A DNA stretch of 64,000 bases, taken from positions 1 through 64,000 of the forward strand of contig NIVC01000628.1 in assembly GCA_002269645.1 (NCBI GenBank). Reading direction: 5' to 3'. The notes under the pieces were generated by a model. It was not told where the DNA came from. It did no database searches and saw only the letters and a program-made list of their open reading frames with translations. The DNA is from Macrostomum lignano (taxonomy: Eukaryota). Below, in pieces: positions 58,249 through 64,000 of the stretch (positions are counted from its first letter, which is position 1; every line of letters begins with the position of its first letter). Position numbers and translations under genes: made by a program.

Positions 58249-58504
58249 CGTCTCAAGCTAACAATATTAAACAATCGGAGATTTTCTTGAAAAAACAAAT
58301 CGCAATGCCACCAAATAGATTAAGATGTCTTGAAACTGCACAACTACGAGCTTCCAATTACTCCAGACCCGACTCCAAGTCTCAAGTGGTACTTTTGTAC
58401 TTTAGCGCATATGTCGCTTACCCCATAAGTTTGATCAGATGTCAAGACTTTTTAAACTAAATAAATTCTCCAAAATTTCTGAATAAATTGTCAACACTAC
58501 AATA

Positions 58505-58792
58505 CAAGAATAATAATACTTGTAATTGACTACACCTTTCCTAATGGGCAGATGTGCAACCGACAGCTTCTGAAGGCTGCGTACGGCTGTTCAGTCCAAG
58601 GACTGGGGGGTCGTCACACACACCCCCAATTACCTCAGCTAATGCTGGCACCCATTTTATAGCTGGGTGAACTGAAGCAATGCAGAGTTAAGTGTCTTGC
58701 TCAGGGACACAAATTGTTCCCAGTGGATCGAGAATCGTACCCCCGACCTTTCAGTCGTGAGTCCGACGCTCTGATCACTAGGCTACTGCAAC
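58505..58792 (-). mobile_element. tRNA-derived SINE, copy 2
   Basis: Closely similar to 47273-47583 over most of its length (CTGAAGGCTGCGTACGGCTGTTCAGTCCAAGGACTGGGGGGTC... shared); same orientation. Confidence 0.85.
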
Positions 58793-59965
58793 CCACCCCT
58801 AGGCTACAACACTGCATGCTATAAACGTCAAATCCAATTATCAGTAGCTTTTTTTAACAAAAAAGATTTAAAAAGATGTCCAGAGCCTTTGTTAGGTAGA
58901 CAGTAGTATAGCTAACTTTTTACTTGCAAATATGTGAAAAACGCAAATAAGACGAACTAGCTAAAATTGTGACTGCGCCGCGCCAATGCAGCTTCCAAAC
59001 TGTCCTGTGCGCTTAAATAAGTTTTGTCAGTGGGGCAGAGCGCGCAACCGTATTGTCGAAGAATTGTGCGATAATAAGGATTGCACTGTTGCGGCCCAGC
59101 AGTCCAACGCATTTGGTGCCGCATCTGTGTGTCGCAATGGGCTGCTTCAATGAGCAAAGAGAGCTAATCAATAACTTCAGTCGATAGTCAGAATTCTAGG
59201 AAACGATAGTCAGAAGGGGCAGAAATCGAGACTGGACTCACATTATGTACAAGGAAATTTGTAAGCAATGGACCAAGAACCAGTTGGGGTCAGTCACAAT
59301 CTTCGGCAGATGCTTCTATTGAAAACATGCGAATTGAATAGCAACATTGTGCTGCAGCGGGAGCAAAGCGCGGGACGGTGCAGGAGAGGCTGCTTGTGTA
59401 CCGATTAGAAAGCTGGCGATGCGCTCAGCATACTGCTACAAGTAGCTAAGGCAGTAAGACTGACCGATTTAATAAGCATTTTATGCGCACAGTTTTAAAA
59501 ACCTTTGCAGAAGGTGTTTTACAAAGTCGAAAGATTAAATGATCGCTAGGGAGAAGGGAGAGCTTTGGTCAGTTAAATAAACCAAAACATGAAGGCGAAA
59601 TCAGCATTGGGTTTGCAGCTTATCAAGTGCAGGCAGGTTTGCAAACTTCAGCGGTTCTTTGGTAATTCGGGAGGCGCTGAAGCAGACAGTTACAGATCAG
59701 GCTTGGTCTGACTGCAGTTGTCTCTCAGCGCCTGCAGGACCTCCGGGTCTCTCATTGCGCTGTCAAACGAACGGTTTTGATGAGGACTCGCGCACAGGCA
59801 AGGCGCCTCTCGGAGCAGTAGCTCAAATGTGTGCGCCATCAGAGCCCGGAAAACTCCCAAGAAGACGCTCTACTAGGAGCTAACGGGTGAAGAACACCGG
59901 AAGTCCTACTACTACTACTAATATACATGTAAATGGTCAACAACAGCGCAGAGTTGGTCGGAGGG

Positions 59966-60749
59966 TCAGTGACGCGACATGTCCACAGCCATGTCTTCTT
60001 CCTCGTCGATGTCCTCCATGTCTCCGGCCTGACAGCAGCCGGTGGTGGAGTCCTCTCTGGCCGGTGAGGTACGGCCCAGCGGGCTGCCCAGCTGGCTGCC
60101 CTGGTCTTCGGCAGTCTCGCCGGAACTGCCGGCCACCTTGATGCCAAGACTCTTGGGTATCTTGGCCAGTATGTGCACTCCGGCGCCGAAACTTTTGAAC
60201 CAGGCGCCGCCCTGCTCCCAGGCGGTGTCCACGGACAGATAGAACGGGTGATAGGGCTGTCGGCATTCGATGGGTCTCAGGTTTGTGTAAATCTGCAAGT
60301 TTATTTGTTACAATATCTGGAGATGTGGCACAATAGTAGAGAAGTGAAACATGATTCACTGACTTAAGCTCATAACTGACTGCTCATAAATCACCGTGTG
60401 CTCATTAGGGACTGTGCTCATAAGGGACTGTGCTCATAAGGGACTGTGCTCGTAAGGGACTGTGATGATAAGGGACTGTGCTCATAAGGGACTGTGCTCA
60501 TAAGGGACTGTGCTTACTGCTTACCTTGAACACCTCGAGTGCGTCGATGGGCAGCTCACTGTAGGAGTTTGAGGCCGGCAGGTAGTACCGCCTCTCATCA
60601 GCGCCCGGACACTGGCTGAACTGCAGGAACTCGGAGCCGTCAATATTAGTCAACACCTGGAACTGGCCCCAGGTGAGCGACTTGTGCCGACTGGTGCCAC
60701 GGACGCAGAAGTGAACTCGATTGAAGAACCACAGCGTGTTGAGTAGAGC
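59966..60749 (-). CDS. DUF3504 (Crypton tyrosine-recombinase-derived, KIAA1958/ZMYM/QRICH1-like) protein, 3' part
   Basis: Exons 60749-60525 (TAG acceptor, GTAAGC donor; ALLNTLWFFNRVHFCVRGTSRHKSLTWGQFQVLTNIDGSEFLQF...DALEVFK) and 60292-59966 (IYTNLRP...PFYL...WFKSFGAGVHILAKIPKSLG...*). Both phase 0. Upstream exons not identified. Confidence 0.75.
60407..60513. repeat. 16-bp repeat (GGGACTGTGCTCATAA)n in the DUF3504 gene intron
   Basis: About 6.5 copies. Confidence 0.9.
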
Positions 60750-60984
60750 CTAAAATCAAGTGCATGTATTCTGTTGCATTATCTGCTACTTTTATCAAAT
60801 AAACAACAACCGTTATATAAGTTTAATTTTGGAAAACAACAACAACTGTTTGGGTGAGGGTTATTAAATAATTATTGATCGACCCCACCATACGAATGTA
60901 CATCAAGAGTACAAGTGTACATTGTGGCTTTATTAATTTTGTGTCTATTCATTTCATTTCACTTCCTTTCTAAAAACCTTAATG

Positions 60985-61912
60985 TCTCCGAAACTTCATT
61001 TCTCCGGAACTTCATATCTCCGAAACTTCATATCTCCGAAACTTCATATCTCCGAAACTTCATATCTCCGAAACTTCATATCTCCGAAACTTCATATCTC
61101 CGAAACTTCATAGCTCCGAAACTTCATATCTCCGAAACTTCATTTCTCCGGAACTTCATATCTCCGAAACTTCATATCTCCGAAACTTCATATCTCCGAA
61201 ACTTCATATCTCCGAAACTTCATATCTCCGAAACTTCATATCTCCGAAACTTCATAGCTCCGAAACTTCATATCTCCGAAACTTCATATCTCCGAAACTT
61301 CATATCTCCGAAACTTCATATCTCCGAAACTTCATATCTCCGAAACTTCATATCTCCGGAACTTCATATCTCCGGAACTTCATATCTCCGAAACTTCATT
61401 TCTCCGAAACTTCATATCTCCGAAACTTCATATCTCCGAAACTTCATATCTCCGAAACTTCATATCTCCGAAACTTCATATCTCCGAAACTTCATATCTC
61501 CGAAACTTCATATCTCCGGAACTTCATATCTCCGAAACTTCATTTCTCCGGAACTTCATATCTCCGAAACTTCATATCTCCGAAACTTCATATCTCTGAA
61601 ACTTCATATCTCCGAAACTTCATGTCCCCAAAAACTTCATATCTCTGTAACTTCATATCTCCGAAACTTCATATCCCTGAAACTTCATATCTCCGGAACT
61701 TCATATCTCCGGAACTTCATATCTCCGGAACTTCATATCTCTGAAACTTCATATCTCCGAAACTTCATATCTCTGAAACTTCATATCTCCGAAACTTCAT
61801 ATCTCCGGAACTTCATATCTCTGAACCTTCATATCTCCAATAAGCCTAACCCCAACGGAGATATGAAGTTTTGGGGTTGGGAAAAAGGCTGCTATTTCGG
61901 AGATATGAAACC
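60985..61912. repeat. 16-bp minisatellite (CTCCGAAACTTCATAT)n with inverted copies at the right end
   Basis: About 53 copies to ~61838, then CCTAACCCC and two reverse-complement units (61854-61872, 61897-61912). Explains ORF 60915-61928. Confidence 0.94.
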
Positions 61913-64000
61913 TTCGAGTTCTTGCTAAAAAAAGTCCTGGATAAAACAACTCGCATCATTGAAGTGCATAATTAAAGGTTTCTTTGCAGCTATTAAAAAA
62001 CTTCATTCGGTTTGACGGTTTGACACGACTTATTTTTACCCATTCACGTGTGTCCCTGCTCAGAGCCAGAAGCAATTCCATTTGCCCAATCTGCAATTCA
62101 TATTCATAATTTCACATGCCGAAAGTAGAGAACAGAAAATTTTCGGCGTCAGCCGTCATAATAATTAATGCCGCTAGCAGCCGACTGCTTCCGCAGTTGC
62201 GCTCTGTTTCAATAAGCATATGCAAGTGTCCGATATACCAAGTGGACAGCCCTGATTCAACAAGCCCGTAATGCCTGCTCTCCAGTCTACCGGTAATTTG
62301 GCAGTTGAATAGAGTGACTTTTCCTACTCAACAAAGCTGTATGACTCATATCGTGCCGATATAATTGTTTCTCTGTTGCCAGGCGCAAGTTGAAAGCTCA
62401 ATTTGTACAACATAGTCGAGGAAATACAACACGAAGCAAAAAAAGCAGCACAGAGCTGCTAATTTAGCAGAGGAAATCGAGCTTTCTGGAGATATGAGAC
62501 TCCATAGAACAGGTGAACTCCACCCCACCTTTGGCTTGGATACCAAAAATCTGCATTTAGCCACGCACGAGTGCCCCTCCGAGCCATAGACATCTCGCAT
62601 TTGTTTCGGACGCGCGGGGACCCAATCGGTGGACAATGTCGCCTATATTACAGTCGAGCCGAGGAAACAGCAATCAGACGAATAAAAGCGCGGGGGGGGG
62701 CCATTCAGACCAGGAAATATATGGGCGCCTTGTGCAATAAAATGTAATTGGCAAAGTAGCGAATTTCTGGCAAAAGAGCGGAAAGTCGTTTCAAGCAGAG
62801 AGATCGAGAGGATGGGTAGAAATACGACCTAATGTGTCTGTCTCCTTTTGCAGCCACGGTAAGAGATGGAATTCCAAGGACCGAGCACAATGGATACTGT
62901 CTCCTGCAGCCAGATAGTTAGCCCCCGCTTTAGGCAGCCTCTTGTGACAAGAGACGAAAATTGATATAAGTTGAAAAAAGACAACAGAGGAACTGAAAAA
63001 CACACTGGTGGATGCTCTGCTGTGTCAGCATCAACTGCCGGTAGCGAGCCAACAAGTTTAAACTTCGCCGCCAGAAGGCACGCATCATTTTGCCTCTCCG
63101 CGAGCGGCTGCTCCTAGTGAAGTATTTTTTCTTCAGCGGCTCTTTAAACCTGAAACAATGTAGCGAACTGGTGGCGGGACCGCTCTGATCTCGACGGTTC
63201 TCTGCATTCCCTTTTTTTATATTGGCTGACCGACTTCACGGGTGTTTCACGAGTCGCTCCGAGCGCGCCGGGAGGCCCCGCGCGGCTTATTGCCAATTAT
63301 AACCATCGGGGGCCCCCGCTCTTCCGCACGGGCTATGCGTATAAATATACTGTATATATATATAAATAGTCTTTTGAATTTTTACGCTCCAACTTCATGT
63401 TGCTTGTCCCCAAATCGGGTTCATCATCTGCTACTATGCCGGGCCGATGCATTGTGTTGAACCAATAAGGCGCTTCACCAGGCCACGGCAGTCCAAAACC
63501 CATGGGAGCGGAAGCCTGGGGGACCGCGGGGGGCGCAATAAACCTTCGCTCAGGTGGCTTCAATAAATGCTGCGATTTTTCTCTTTTTTATACAATTTTA
63601 TTATTTCATTTTTTACACTGCACAAAATAAGCGGTCCTTTATACTCCGGAAGAATTGGGAAATGCGACCACATTGCTCCCGGTGTAAATTCTGTCTGGAG
63701 AATCTGTTATCTAAACAAATTGCCCCATGTCCAAGAGAATTAATAGTGTGCTTGCACAGGAAATCCTGACTGGCCCGCTTTCGCCCCAAATTCAGGGCGG
63801 AACCGCCGCTGACCCATTAAAGATTTAAGAGATTTGTTTCCGTAATTACCTGCTGCAACCCCGGCGCAGCTGACAAACAATTTCAGATTGACAAGCTCAG
63901 GTGGCGTGTGAAAATTGCTGTACTTCGCTAAAAGCTCAACCAAGTGATCCGAAAAAGGATGCCGATCAGTGCAAGATCATCTTTTCTTCGGTTCGTTTAA

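Noticed and set aside
55925-59900. Full-length nicotinic receptor subunit
   Set aside because: No hydrophobic M1-M4 exon found downstream. An in-phase terminal exon with stop and AATAAA is present, and the Cys-loop lacks the gating motif.
61930-64000. Upstream exons of the DUF3504 gene or another gene at the window end
   Set aside because: Candidate AG/GT-bounded segments (e.g. minus 62040-62090) give no DUF3504-like or other recognisable peptide.

Overview
Eukaryotic, intron-rich animal DNA. GC-rich exons, GT-AG introns and a different minisatellite in almost every intron suggest a flatworm such as Macrostomum, but that is an inference from sequence style only. Six protein-coding genes can be rebuilt by hand from splice sites. 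(1) The 3' part of a tetraspanin (+) with a very large EC2 loop. (2) A complete CASK/lin-2 gene (+, 6003-35327) with two duplicated, probably mutually exclusive PDZ exons and one apparent 1-nt frameshift. (3) An intronless alpha2-adrenergic-like amine GPCR (-). (4) A two-exon FBXO7/nutcracker-like gene (-) with an FP/PI31 domain and an F-box. (5) A five-exon secreted nicotinic-receptor ligand-binding domain with no transmembrane region, i.e. an AChBP-like gene (+). (6) The 3' part of a Crypton-derived DUF3504 gene (-). Nearly all long ORFs in the supplied track are tandem-repeat artefacts. Also present: two copies of a tRNA-derived SINE, a Harbinger-type MITE, a mariner remnant between two inverted ~1.4-kb minisatellite arms, and a let-7-seed hairpin antisense in a CASK intron. 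The top candidate for novelty is the soluble AChBP-like protein, which has a shortened Cys-loop, a charged tail and a 20-copy array of its own exon end plus splice donor. All gene models come from manual reading; no database search was run.
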